From Bdellovibrionales bacterium (GTDB lineage Bacteria; Bdellovibrionota; Bdellovibrionia; Bdellovibrionales; JAUICD01): a stretch of 64,000 nt of DNA. The stretch is taken from assembly GCA_965197425.1 (NCBI GenBank), contig CBDANC010000013.1, positions 1 to 64,000 on the forward strand, written 5' to 3'. How positions within the stretch are numbered: position 1 is the first letter of the stretch; every line of letters begins with the position of its first letter. Under the pieces are notes generated by a model. It was not told the DNA's origin and did not search any database. It was given only the letters and a program-made list of their open reading frames with translations. This document shows, one piece after another, positions 33,630-41,827 of this stretch. The position numbers and the translations under genes were made by a program.

Positions 33630-34126
33630 CTAAATTTCTCAGCTAATTTTAAAGCAACAGACTTTGTAACAAATTTTTCCAGTCTGTCGGGTTTTACACC
33701 AAGGCTTGCAAGTTCCTTTACCATACTAGAAGAAGTGAATTGAGAGTTGGACAGCAAAATAAATGTATCAATGTTATGATCACAAGAAAGCAAATTGTTA
33801 GCATATGACATCACACCTTCCCAAACCAAATCTTTCTCCCCTCTTATACCTCTAATAATAGTAGAAATATTATTTTTAACACAATAATCAACGGTCAAGC
33901 CATCAAAACTACAAACTTTAATTCTATCACTTAAAATATCAGTATCTTTTAGAGAGAGTTTTATTAACTCAATTCTCTCATTAGCATCAAAAGTATACGA
34001 TTTATCAGAAGAGTTAGCTACAACACAGTGAATATTAGCAAATTTACTAACAGCCCTCTTGATAAGCTCAATATGACCCAAGGTCACCGGATCATAACTA
34101 CCAGGTAAAACCACATCCATAACCAC
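33626..34126 (-). CDS. coaD: Phosphopantetheine adenylyltransferase
   Basis: PGSYDPVTLGH, IIRGIR, SSSMVKEL. Confidence 0.92.
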   Translation of the reverse strand: MVMDVVLPGSYDPVTLGHIELIKRAVSKFANIHCVVANSSDKSYTFDANERIELIKLSLKDTDILSDRIKVCSFDGLTVDYCVKNNISTIIRGIRGEKDLVWEGVMSYANNLLSCDHNIDTFILLSNSQFTSSSMVKELASLGVKPDRLEKFVTKSVALKLAEKFR

Positions 34127-34215
34127 GATTTACTACAATGCTAAAAACCTAGCAACCAAAGTTTTAATTTTTTATTTCTAGCAAAAAACTCCCGTAGCAA
34201 CCTGTCCAACAAAAT

Positions 34216-34269
34216 ACGTCTGGTGTTACCAGCACGGCCGATGTTATCGGTACGGCTGGTGCTACCAGT
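34216..34269. repeat. 18-bp micro-palindrome array, 3 units with compensatory stem changes
   Basis: acg-tctggt-gtt-accagc / acg-gccgat-gtt-atcggt / acg-gctggt-gct-accagt. Confidence 0.88.
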
Positions 34270-34288
34270 GGTTGGGTGTCAGTGTGTA

Positions 34289-37252
34289 TTACTTAGGAGC
34301 GCTTTGGAGGTCATGGGAGCAAGTGCAAAAGAGATTTTTGTCGCCGTAAGGATTATCAACTCTTCCTACATATGGCCAAAATTTGTTTTGAATTGTGTGA
34401 TTTAGAGGAAAACAAGCTTTTTTCTTTGAGTACGGGTGCTTCCACTCTGAGGCTAAGTGCAAGGCAGTGTGGGGAGCATTTTTTAACAAGTTGTCTTTTT
34501 TGTCCGACTTGCCATTTTCAATATCTAAAAACTCTTTTTTTATTTCAATTAAACAATCACAAAATCTATCTAATTCATCTAAAGATTCACTTTCGGTTGG
34601 TTCTATCATCAATGTACCTCTGACGGGCCAAGACATAGTAGGTGCGTGAAATCCATAGTCAATTAATCTCTTTGCCACATCTTCTACATCCACAGAAGCT
34701 CTTTTTGGCCAATCCCTTAAATCAATGATACATTCATGTGCTACAAAACCATTTTTGCCCGTATACAATATTGGATAGTGAGGAGATAATTTTTTTGCAA
34801 TATAATTTGCATTTAAAATAGCGGCTTGCGATGCCTTTTTTAGTCCAGAAAAACCCATCATCAAAATATACATCCAAGATATAGTTAGGATAGATGCACT
34901 TCCATATGGAGCTTGTGATATTAAACCAATACTTTGTGTGGAATCACTAAAGAGATTGTCTTGTGGAAGATACTCTTTTAAATGCTCTTTTACCAATACA
35001 GGTCCAACTCCAGGCCCTCCACCTCCATGTGGAATACAAAAAGTTTTATGCAAATTCAAATGACATACATCAACTCCATATTCACCAGGGTAACATAAAC
35101 CAAGTTGAGCATTCATGTTTGCACCATCTAAGTAAACTTGTCCTCCATGCTTGTGTACAACATCACATATTTCCATAATATCTTCTTCAAAAACTCCATG
35201 TGTAGAAGGGTATGTGATCATCAAGCTAGATAGATTTTTCTCATGCTCTTTTGCCTTTAGCTTTAGATGCGATAGATCTATATTTCCATTTTTATCACAA
35301 TTAATTTCTACAACTTTTAAACCTGCCATAACAGCACTTGCTGGATTTGTTCCATGTGCCGAAGTTGGTATAAGACATACATCTCTATTTTCACCTTTTA
35401 TTTTATGATATTGTCTTATAACCAATAACCCTGCATACTCACCTTGAGATCCTGCATTAGGCTGTAAGCTTGCAGCATCGAATCTCGTCAATTTACAAAG
35501 CCATTCCTCTAGCTCTGAGATAAGCTCTAAATAGCCCACAACCTGGTTTTCCGGCGCAAAGGGATGTATGTTAGAAAACTCACGCCATGATAAAGGTAAC
35601 ATTTCGGTAGTAGCATTTAGTTTCATTGTACAAGAACCTAATGGAATCATTGAGTGAGTTAGAGATAAATCTCTCATGCAAAGTTGATTTATATAGCGTA
35701 ACATTTTAGTCTCTGAATGATATGTGTTGAAAACTTCATGGGTCATGAAGTCAGTTGTTCTTGCTACAGCTTTATCAATTACCAGTGGAGTATCTACCAC
35801 AATGTTGTCATTATTCACGTTAGATTTTTTAAGATCGAATATTTTAAGGATGTTGTATATATCTTTATCTTTTGTGGTTTCATTGAGTGATATACCAAGT
35901 GTTTCCTTATTGATGTATCTAAAGTTAATTTTGTTATCGTGTGCTTTGTTAATAATTTTTAAAGCATCTTTTGTTTTAATAGTTAGAGTGTCAAAGTGAG
36001 TTTTTGTGACAACCTCCAGTGGAGTATTCACTACTGGTGGAGTATCCACTACCAGTGGAGTATCCACATCGAATGATGATTTTAGACTGTTTTTAAGTAG
36101 TGTAGTAAGTTTATGTATTCTAAGAGCTATATTTTTTAAACCTTTAGGTCCATGATAAACTGCGTACATACTTGCAATTATTGCTAGTAGAGCCTGTGCT
36201 GTACAAATATTGCTTGTGGCTTTAGATCTTCTAATGTGTTGTTCTCTGGTTTGAATACTTAATCTAAGTGCTGGATTACTGTGTACATCTTTTGAAACAC
36301 CTACAATTCTACCTGGTAAAAGTCTCTTATATTTATCTTTAGTTGCGATGTAAGCTGCATGAGGTCCGCCGAATCCCATAGGAACACCAAATCTCTGAGT
36401 AGTTCCAACCACTACATCAGCACCCAGCTCTCCAGGAGGTTTGAATAATGTAAGTGCAAGTAAGTCAGCAATAAAAATTTTTCTTATACTGTGATCATTG
36501 GCTTTAGTTATTATATCTTTGTAAGTGTTCACATTGCCATAGGTGTCAGGGTATTGAATTACAATTGCAAAGTACTTGGATAGATCTAAACTATCTGATT
36601 CAAAATTTTTAATATCCATTTTAATGTTTAAAGGAGACAATCTTGTCTGAAGCACTTTTAGTGTTTGAGGGTGAACAGCATCTGATACAAGCACACTTTT
36701 ACCAGGATCATATGCAAGTGGAGTATCCACTACCGGTGGAGTATCCACTACCAGTGGAGTATCCACCATCATGCTGACAGCTTCTGCGGTAGCTGTGGAT
36801 TCATCCAACATGGATGCATTTGCTATATCCATACTGGTAAGCTCACAGATCATAGTTTGAAAGTTTAAGAGTGCTTCCAATCTTCCTTGTGAAATTTCAG
36901 ATTGATAAGGAGTATATTGCGTATACCAACCAGGGCTTTCTAAAATATTTCTCAAAATTACTTTTGGTGTAATAGTTGGATAATAACCCATCCCTATGTA
37001 ATCTTCATAAACAAAATTTTTTTGTGCTAAACATTTTGCGCGCTCTAAAGCATCATGTTCACTGGTTGGTTTTAGATCTAGAGTTGTATTACTTCTAATA
37101 TTATTTGGAATTGTTTTAGAAGTTAGCTCATCCAAACTGGTAACACCAGCCGTACTGGTAACACCAGCGGTATTTGACAGAGATAAAAATTCAAGCATTT
37201 TAGCTATTTCTTTATCGCCAGGGCCTATGTGTCTATTAACAAACTCTTCCAT
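34289..37252 (-). CDS. gcvP: Glycine dehydrogenase (decarboxylating) P protein with four in-frame repeat insertions
   Basis: FVNRHIGP, YTQYTPYQSEISQGRLE, QTREQHIRR, PLGSCTMKLN, HLNLHKTFCIPHGGGGPG; start taken at ATG of MEEF. Confidence 0.97.
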   Translation of the reverse strand: MEEFVNRHIGPGDKEIAKMLEFLSLSNTAGVTSTAGVTSLDELTSKTIPNNIRSNTTLDLKPTSEHDALERAKCLAQKNFVYEDYIGMGYYPTITPKVILRNILESPGWYTQYTPYQSEISQGRLEALLNFQTMICELTSMDIANASMLDESTATAEAVSMMVDTPLVVDTPPVVDTPLAYDPGKSVLVSDAVHPQTLKVLQTRLSPLNIKMDIKNFESDSLDLSKYFAIVIQYPDTYGNVNTYKDIITKANDHSIRKIFIADLLALTLFKPPGELGADVVVGTTQRFGVPMGFGGPHAAYIATKDKYKRLLPGRIVGVSKDVHSNPALRLSIQTREQHIRRSKATSNICTAQALLAIIASMYAVYHGPKGLKNIALRIHKLTTLLKNSLKSSFDVDTPLVVDTPPVVNTPLEVVTKTHFDTLTIKTKDALKIINKAHDNKINFRYINKETLGISLNETTKDKDIYNILKIFDLKKSNVNNDNIVVDTPLVIDKAVARTTDFMTHEVFNTYHSETKMLRYINQLCMRDLSLTHSMIPLGSCTMKLNATTEMLPLSWREFSNIHPFAPENQVVGYLELISELEEWLCKLTRFDAASLQPNAGSQGEYAGLLVIRQYHKIKGENRDVCLIPTSAHGTNPASAVMAGLKVVEINCDKNGNIDLSHLKLKAKEHEKNLSSLMITYPSTHGVFEEDIMEICDVVHKHGGQVYLDGANMNAQLGLCYPGEYGVDVCHLNLHKTFCIPHGGGGPGVGPVLVKEHLKEYLPQDNLFSDSTQSIGLISQAPYGSASILTISWMYILMMGFSGLKKASQAAILNANYIAKKLSPHYPILYTGKNGFVAHECIIDLRDWPKRASVDVEDVAKRLIDYGFHAPTMSWPVRGTLMIEPTESESLDELDRFCDCLIEIKKEFLDIENGKSDKKDNLLKNAPHTALHLASEWKHPYSKKKACFPLNHTIQNKFWPYVGRVDNPYGDKNLFCTCSHDLQSAPK
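35781..35798. repeat. Micro-palindrome unit in gcvP (VVDTPLV)
   Basis: accagtggagtatctacc. Confidence 0.8.
36018..36068. repeat. Micro-palindrome array in gcvP, 3 units (VDTPLVVDTPPVVNTPL)
   Basis: agtggagtattcact-act-ggtggagtatccact-acc-agtggagtatccaca. Confidence 0.92.
36717..36767. repeat. Micro-palindrome array in gcvP, 3 units (VDTPLVVDTPPVVDTPL)
   Basis: agtggagtatccact-acc-ggtggagtatccact-acc-agtggagtatccacc. Confidence 0.92.
37136..37171. repeat. Micro-palindrome array in gcvP, 2 units (TAGVTSTAGVTS)
   Basis: actggtaacaccagccgt / actggtaacaccagcggt. Confidence 0.9.
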
Positions 37253-37256
37253 TAGC

Positions 37257-37270
37257 AGTGGAGTATCCAC
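37257..37270. repeat. Micro-palindrome unit immediately upstream of the gcvP ATG
   Basis: agtggagtatccac. Confidence 0.8.
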
Positions 37271-37313
37271 AAATTTTTTAGAAGCTACAACACAAAAATA
37301 AGCTAAGCAAGAC

Positions 37314-37440
37314 TAAAGGTCTTCCGAACAAAACCAACAAATCAGCTCTACTGGTTCTTTCAATGAGCAAAATATAAAGTTTAATAATATAGCCCATTGA
37401 ATCAACTGACTTGTTATTTTTTAGCAGGCGAATTACGTTC
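37314..37440 (+). repeat. Modular hairpin element copy (divergent)
   Basis: TAAAGGTCTTCCGAAC start; GACTTGTT...TTTTT..AGGCGAATTACGTT shared with 62117-62255. Confidence 0.75.
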
Positions 37441-37808
37441 CAGTGAATCTCACAACCAACCATTCCACTAAACATTGTCCCCAGTTTGACAACAAAACAT
37501 ATTTTACCTTAATTGTGTCTCGCCTAAAGACATCATTCCGGGAGAATAAAAAATACTGGGATTTTCTAAAAAAAGTTATAGCAATGTGTATCTCGTTTGC
37601 TATGATCTTGTTTCGCCGATCCTGTAACTCTTGGTTCTTAAATTAAAGCGAGTAGAGCTGATTGCCTTTGAGTGCTTTTGTAGCATAGATGGATGAATTT
37701 TGCAATAATAACTTAAGGTTATGTAAAATGTGCGTTCCAAGAAACGGCATAAGCTTATGCCAGTCACTTTTTTGGCAACGGGGATCAGTGTTGGTTTTCG
37801 TTTTCTTC

Positions 37809-38156
37809 TTAGCTTTTCTTTTTGCGTTTTGTTTTTGGTTTAGATTTTTTCTCAATTTCTATGTTGATTTTGAATTTATGATCTTTAATAAATCTGGAAG
37901 CCTCATGCACAAAATCAACTTTATCTAGAGACTTTTTAACTTCTCCACTAATTTTGTCATATAAAGCTTTTTTAGACTGACTAGCACTCTTGATAGCTGA
38001 TTTTAATAAGTCCTTTGGAAGTTTTCTATCACTTAGAGTATTTCTTATAACTTCCTCTGTCGTAAAAACAGTGCCTGCTGCTGCTTCAATAAGATTTTTT
38101 ACAGCTTCAGAAAAGTTTTTATTGTTTGTGCCGCTTTCTTTGCGTTTGTTCTTCAT
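37809..38156 (-). CDS. Hypothetical protein
   Basis: Helical 115-aa ORF co-oriented with and overlapping the upstream SRPBCC gene; basic tail. Confidence 0.7.
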   Translation of the reverse strand: MKNKRKESGTNNKNFSEAVKNLIEAAAGTVFTTEEVIRNTLSDRKLPKDLLKSAIKSASQSKKALYDKISGEVKKSLDKVDFVHEASRFIKDHKFKINIEIEKKSKPKTKRKKKS

Positions 38157-38580
38157 AAAGATCTCTCACTCGTTTGTGGCAGGAGCTCATTACGTTTGGA
38201 AGGTTAACTTCTGCCAGGGTTTTTTCTATTAAATTAGGTACAAACACTTTTAGCTGGTATTTTAGGTGATAAGTTGCCTTACACTTGTTGTCTGTTGGTT
38301 CAAGTTTCCAAAATCCAGAATTTAGTTTAAATATATTATCATCTGCTACCTCCCATGAAATCTTATTGGGAGCTTCTTTTATCATCCACAACTTATAGGT
38401 GAATGCTTTTACAATCTTAACTTCATACTCTACAAGCTGTTTGTTGCCATCAGTTTCTAGTATAATACATTTAGAAATTTCATTTACAAATTCTGGATAA
38501 CTTTCATAGTCCACCAGAATTTTGTAAAACTCATCAACAGAGCAATTAAAAATTTCAGATGTGGTAACTTCTGTCATCAA
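38119..38580 (-). CDS. SRPBCC/START-fold (polyketide cyclase-like) protein
   Basis: ILVDYESYPEFV, ISW...NSGFWKL. Confidence 0.85.
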   Translation of the reverse strand: MMTEVTTSEIFNCSVDEFYKILVDYESYPEFVNEISKCIILETDGNKQLVEYEVKIVKAFTYKLWMIKEAPNKISWEVADDNIFKLNSGFWKLEPTDNKCKATYHLKYQLKVFVPNLIEKTLAEVNLPNVMSSCHKRVRDLYEEQTQRKRHKQ

Positions 38581-38586
38581 CTTTCC

Positions 38587-39543
38587 TCAAAGGTTTTTTT
38601 TATACAACGCATGAGTAGTATCAATATACCTAATTGTACCAGTTTTTGATCTCATCACTATGGAAAATGTTTTAGCCTTTTTATTGGGTAAAAACTTCAC
38701 TCCGTCTAATAATGAGCCATCTGTTACACCTGTCGCTGCAAAGATAACATCATTTCCCGCTAATTCATCTATTGTGTAAACTTTATCAAAATTTGTTATG
38801 CCCATCGATCTGGCTCTATCCTTTTCTTCATCTTTAAATTTTAGTTTGCCCTGCATATCTCCATTTAAACATTTCAGTGCAGCAGCAGCTAATACTCCTT
38901 CTGGAGCTCCTCCGATACCCAGTAACATATCTATCCCAGAATTTGGATATGATGTTGAAATGGCAGCAGAAACATCTCCATCACCTATCATATGTATTCT
39001 CGCTCCAACACTTCTTACTTCACTAATTAAATCCAAGTGTCTATCTCTATCCAGTATTATAGTTGTTAGCTCTTTGGGGCTCTTACCTAAAGCTTTTGCC
39101 ACTTTGTTGATATTATGGGTTGGAGATTTTGTTATATCTATTGCACCCTTAGCTTTGGGACCTACAGCAATTTTGTCCATATACACATCAGGTGCATGAA
39201 GAAAACTACCCTCACCTCCAGCAGCTATCACACTTAAAGCACCATAACCACCATTTGCACAAATAGAAGTACCTTCTAAAGGATCCAGAGCAATGTCTAT
39301 TTTGGGGCAATTTTTTTCTGATTTACCTACGTTCTCTCCGATATAAAGCATTGGGGCTTTATCTCGTTCCCCTTCCCCTATAACTACAGTTCCATCTATA
39401 TCTAGTTTGGAGAAAGCTTCCCTCATGGCATCCACAGCAGCCCTATCAGCAGCCACAGGATCACCTTTGCCCATCCACTTTGAGCTAGCAACCGCAGCTG
39501 CCTCTGTAATCCTAACAAACTCCAAAGCCAGATTTCTGTACAT
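38587..39543 (-). CDS. glpX: Fructose-1,6-bisphosphatase class II
   Basis: VVIGEGERDKAPML, DPLEGT, GDGDV, GGAPEGV, ATGVTDG. Confidence 0.96.
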   Translation of the reverse strand: MYRNLALEFVRITEAAAVASSKWMGKGDPVAADRAAVDAMREAFSKLDIDGTVVIGEGERDKAPMLYIGENVGKSEKNCPKIDIALDPLEGTSICANGGYGALSVIAAGGEGSFLHAPDVYMDKIAVGPKAKGAIDITKSPTHNINKVAKALGKSPKELTTIILDRDRHLDLISEVRSVGARIHMIGDGDVSAAISTSYPNSGIDMLLGIGGAPEGVLAAAALKCLNGDMQGKLKFKDEEKDRARSMGITNFDKVYTIDELAGNDVIFAATGVTDGSLLDGVKFLPNKKAKTFSIVMRSKTGTIRYIDTTHALYKKNL

Positions 39544-39661
39544 AGACCCCCTACAACTAACATACTTTGATAAGCATAATGATCTCTTTCTAAGAAGCTA
39601 TTAATATTATGCGTCAAAAAATAGTTTGTATAAAGTCTGATTAATTATAGTGTATTTATAT

Positions 39662-40219
39662 ATGGACTTTACTTTACCAAACAAAGTTACATTATCCAGG
39701 CTCATTTTAATAACACCTATATTGGCGTTTTTATATGTAGGCTCTTTATGGTCTGAGCTAACTGCTGCTGTCATATTTATAATAGCTGCTATTACTGATT
39801 ATTATGATGGATTTTTTGCTAGAAAATTAAATTTAGGTACTAATTTTGGTAAAATTTTTGATCATTCAGCAGATAAAGGGCTTGTTACTAGTGTTTTGAT
39901 AATGTTGCTTTACCTAAAAAGAATTGATCCATTTTTACTAACGATACTAGTTGTAAGAGACATCTTGGTTAATGGAATAAGAATTAGTGCTGCAAGTGAT
40001 CTTAATGTTATAGGAGCTGGCAAGTCTGGAAAGTGGAAGACTGCTTTGCAGATGAGTGCAATACCTTTGTTATTTGTAAACCCTGACAGTTTAAATTTTA
40101 AAATTTATGATTGGCTTCACCTGGCGGCTTACTATGTGTTGTGGCTCAGCGTAGTGTTCAGTATTGTGTCAGGCTTGGAATACTACAAGTTGTGGTCAAA
40201 GAACAAAACCAACCATTAG
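39662..40219 (+). CDS. pgsA: CDP-diacylglycerol--glycerol-3-phosphate 3-phosphatidyltransferase
   Basis: PNKVTLSR, TDYYDGFFARK...FGKIFDHSADK, GKWKT; followed by tRNA-Gly. Confidence 0.92.
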   Translation: MDFTLPNKVTLSRLILITPILAFLYVGSLWSELTAAVIFIIAAITDYYDGFFARKLNLGTNFGKIFDHSADKGLVTSVLIMLLYLKRIDPFLLTILVVRDILVNGIRISAASDLNVIGAGKSGKWKTALQMSAIPLLFVNPDSLNFKIYDWLHLAAYYVLWLSVVFSIVSGLEYYKLWSKNKTNH

Positions 40220-40275
40220 TTTATGGTTTCTTGACTTACTTTGAGGGTGGTATTAGCTTTTCCAGATCATCATTT

Positions 40276-40351
40276 GCGCAAGTAGCTCAGCTGATAGAGC
40301 GTCGCCTTGCCAAGGCGAAGGTCGCGGGTTTGAACCCCGTCTTGCGCTCCA
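40276..40351 (+). tRNA. tRNA-Gly (anticodon GCC)
   Basis: GCGCAAG/CTTGCGC acceptor stem, TCGCC-TTGCCAA-GGCGA anticodon arm, encoded CCA; non-canonical A19 and U56. Confidence 0.93.
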
Positions 40352-40363
40352 GTTTTTACCCAA

Positions 40364-40543
40364 TTCGGAAGATCTTTAGAGGCCAGATTTGGCATCGTGT
40401 TCCAGAGCTGGGCAACCACTCAGCAAAAAAACCGACCGCAGGGAGATTATTTCAATTGGAAAATATAAAGATTTATCCCGTGAGCCAATTGAACCAAAGT
40501 AGGCATAGCCTCCTTATTTTTTGCTTCGTTCGGAAGACCTTTA
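40364..40543 (-). repeat. Modular hairpin element copy
   Basis: Minus strand TAAAGGTCTTCCGAACGAAGCAAAAAATAAG...GAGTGGTTGCCCAGCTCTGGAACACGATGCC; core closely matches 29155-29296 and 60219-60415. Confidence 0.9.
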
Positions 40544-40593
40544 AATTAAAATTTTTGTTGAACAAACAAGCTACCTAAAATAAAACTTGTAGT

Positions 40594-41073
40594 ATGAACT
40601 TTCAAACAACTATCAATACAACAATGGGAACTCTTGTTCTAATAGCTTCTGATAAAGGTGTAAAAGAACTACACTTTGAAAACAGAGCTTATGAAAAAAA
40701 TATTGCCATCAAAAAATCTACACAAAACCACATAACAAAAGAAGCCACAAAACAACTGAAAGAATATTTTAATGGTAAAAGAAAATCATTCAATATACCT
40801 CTGGATTTAGAAGGCACATCATTTCAAAAACAAGTATGGCAAGCTTTAAGACAAATTAAATTTGGTGCCACAATAAGCTACAAAGAACAAGCCAAAATGA
40901 TCAACAAACCAAAAGCATATAGAGCTGTGGGAACAGCTAATGGGAAAAATCCAATACCAATTATTATTCCTTGTCACAGAGTTGTATCCTCAAATGGACT
41001 AGGTGGTTTTTCAGGAGGAATGCATAATAAAGTATTTTTGCTAGACCACGAAACCAAGCACTTAAATCATTAA
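40594..41073 (+). CDS. ogt: Methylated-DNA--protein-cysteine methyltransferase
   Basis: GTSFQKQVW, RAVGTANGKNPIPIIIPCHRV. Confidence 0.95.
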   Translation: MNFQTTINTTMGTLVLIASDKGVKELHFENRAYEKNIAIKKSTQNHITKEATKQLKEYFNGKRKSFNIPLDLEGTSFQKQVWQALRQIKFGATISYKEQAKMINKPKAYRAVGTANGKNPIPIIIPCHRVVSSNGLGGFSGGMHNKVFLLDHETKHLNH

Positions 41074-41096
41074 AAAATTTTTAGTTCGAAAAAGTT

Positions 41097-41771
41097 TTAC
41101 TCACCCTTGGAGTCAATGAACATGTTGGGCTTTATTGTGTCAACCCAAGCTTTATAACTTTCGTAGATATCTTGATTTTCAAAAGTTTTTACAGGGCCTA
41201 CATGGATAGTAAGTGTTTTGCCATATTTTGCAAACCAATTTGCTTTAGGCCAAGCTTCAAATGCGCCATCTATAAAGAAAAATAAAACTGGAGTATCGGT
41301 TTTTTTTGAAATAATATCAGCACCTTTTTTAAACATATGTATCTTACCATCTAAGGATCTTGTTCCTTCAGGAAATACCAAAAGCCAAACTTTATCTAAC
41401 TTTTTTAAGAGAGACATACATAGCATAAGAGTGTCTTGACCTTTTTCATTTCTATCAACAGGAATAGCCCTCATACAATGTTTCGAAAAAAAACTAATAA
41501 AAGGGTTAGAAAAAAAGTAATCCTTAGCAGCAGTTACATAAAGATCAAAACATCTTTTGGTAGAAACTATCGTTGTAATGGCAGGGGCATCTAGATGACT
41601 TGAGTGATTTGATATAAACAAGAGTTTGGGGTATTTGTCTAACACCTCCTCTATGTTTCCTACAACTTTCAACTTTATATAATACTTAAAAAATATTTTT
41701 TTTAACAGCTTTACAAATAAAACTCTTACCGTCACACCCACTAATTTAAAACTACTACTAAAATGTTCCAT
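41097..41771 (-). CDS. Lysophospholipid acyltransferase (PlsC family)
   Basis: NHSSHLD, AAKDYFF, FPEGTRS. Confidence 0.9.
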   Translation of the reverse strand: MEHFSSSFKLVGVTVRVLFVKLLKKIFFKYYIKLKVVGNIEEVLDKYPKLLFISNHSSHLDAPAITTIVSTKRCFDLYVTAAKDYFFSNPFISFFSKHCMRAIPVDRNEKGQDTLMLCMSLLKKLDKVWLLVFPEGTRSLDGKIHMFKKGADIISKKTDTPVLFFFIDGAFEAWPKANWFAKYGKTLTIHVGPVKTFENQDIYESYKAWVDTIKPNMFIDSKGE

Positions 41772-41827
41772 TGATTACCTATAAACAAGATACAATAATA
41801 AGCAATGCATACTAGTGCCTCAGGATA

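Noticed and set aside
37253..37270. GcvP N-terminus MDTPLL from the ORF track
   Set aside because: The GTG comes from a palindrome unit; homology begins at MEEFVNRHIGP
37280..37800. Glycine riboswitch upstream of gcvP
   Set aside because: No recognisable GGAGA/CCGAAG/CTCTCAGG aptamer core; the region contains fragments of the TAAAGG repeat family instead
40111..40578. 155-aa ORF, and similar ORFs 27584..27871, 29057..29257, 60201..60449, 37278..37475
   Set aside because: They overlap a tRNA and/or repeat elements; their shared peptides just reflect the repeat sequence
41287..41300. ACTGGAGTATCGGT in the acyltransferase as another micro-palindrome
   Set aside because: The stem is imperfect and the peptide (TDTPV) fits the normal acyltransferase sequence
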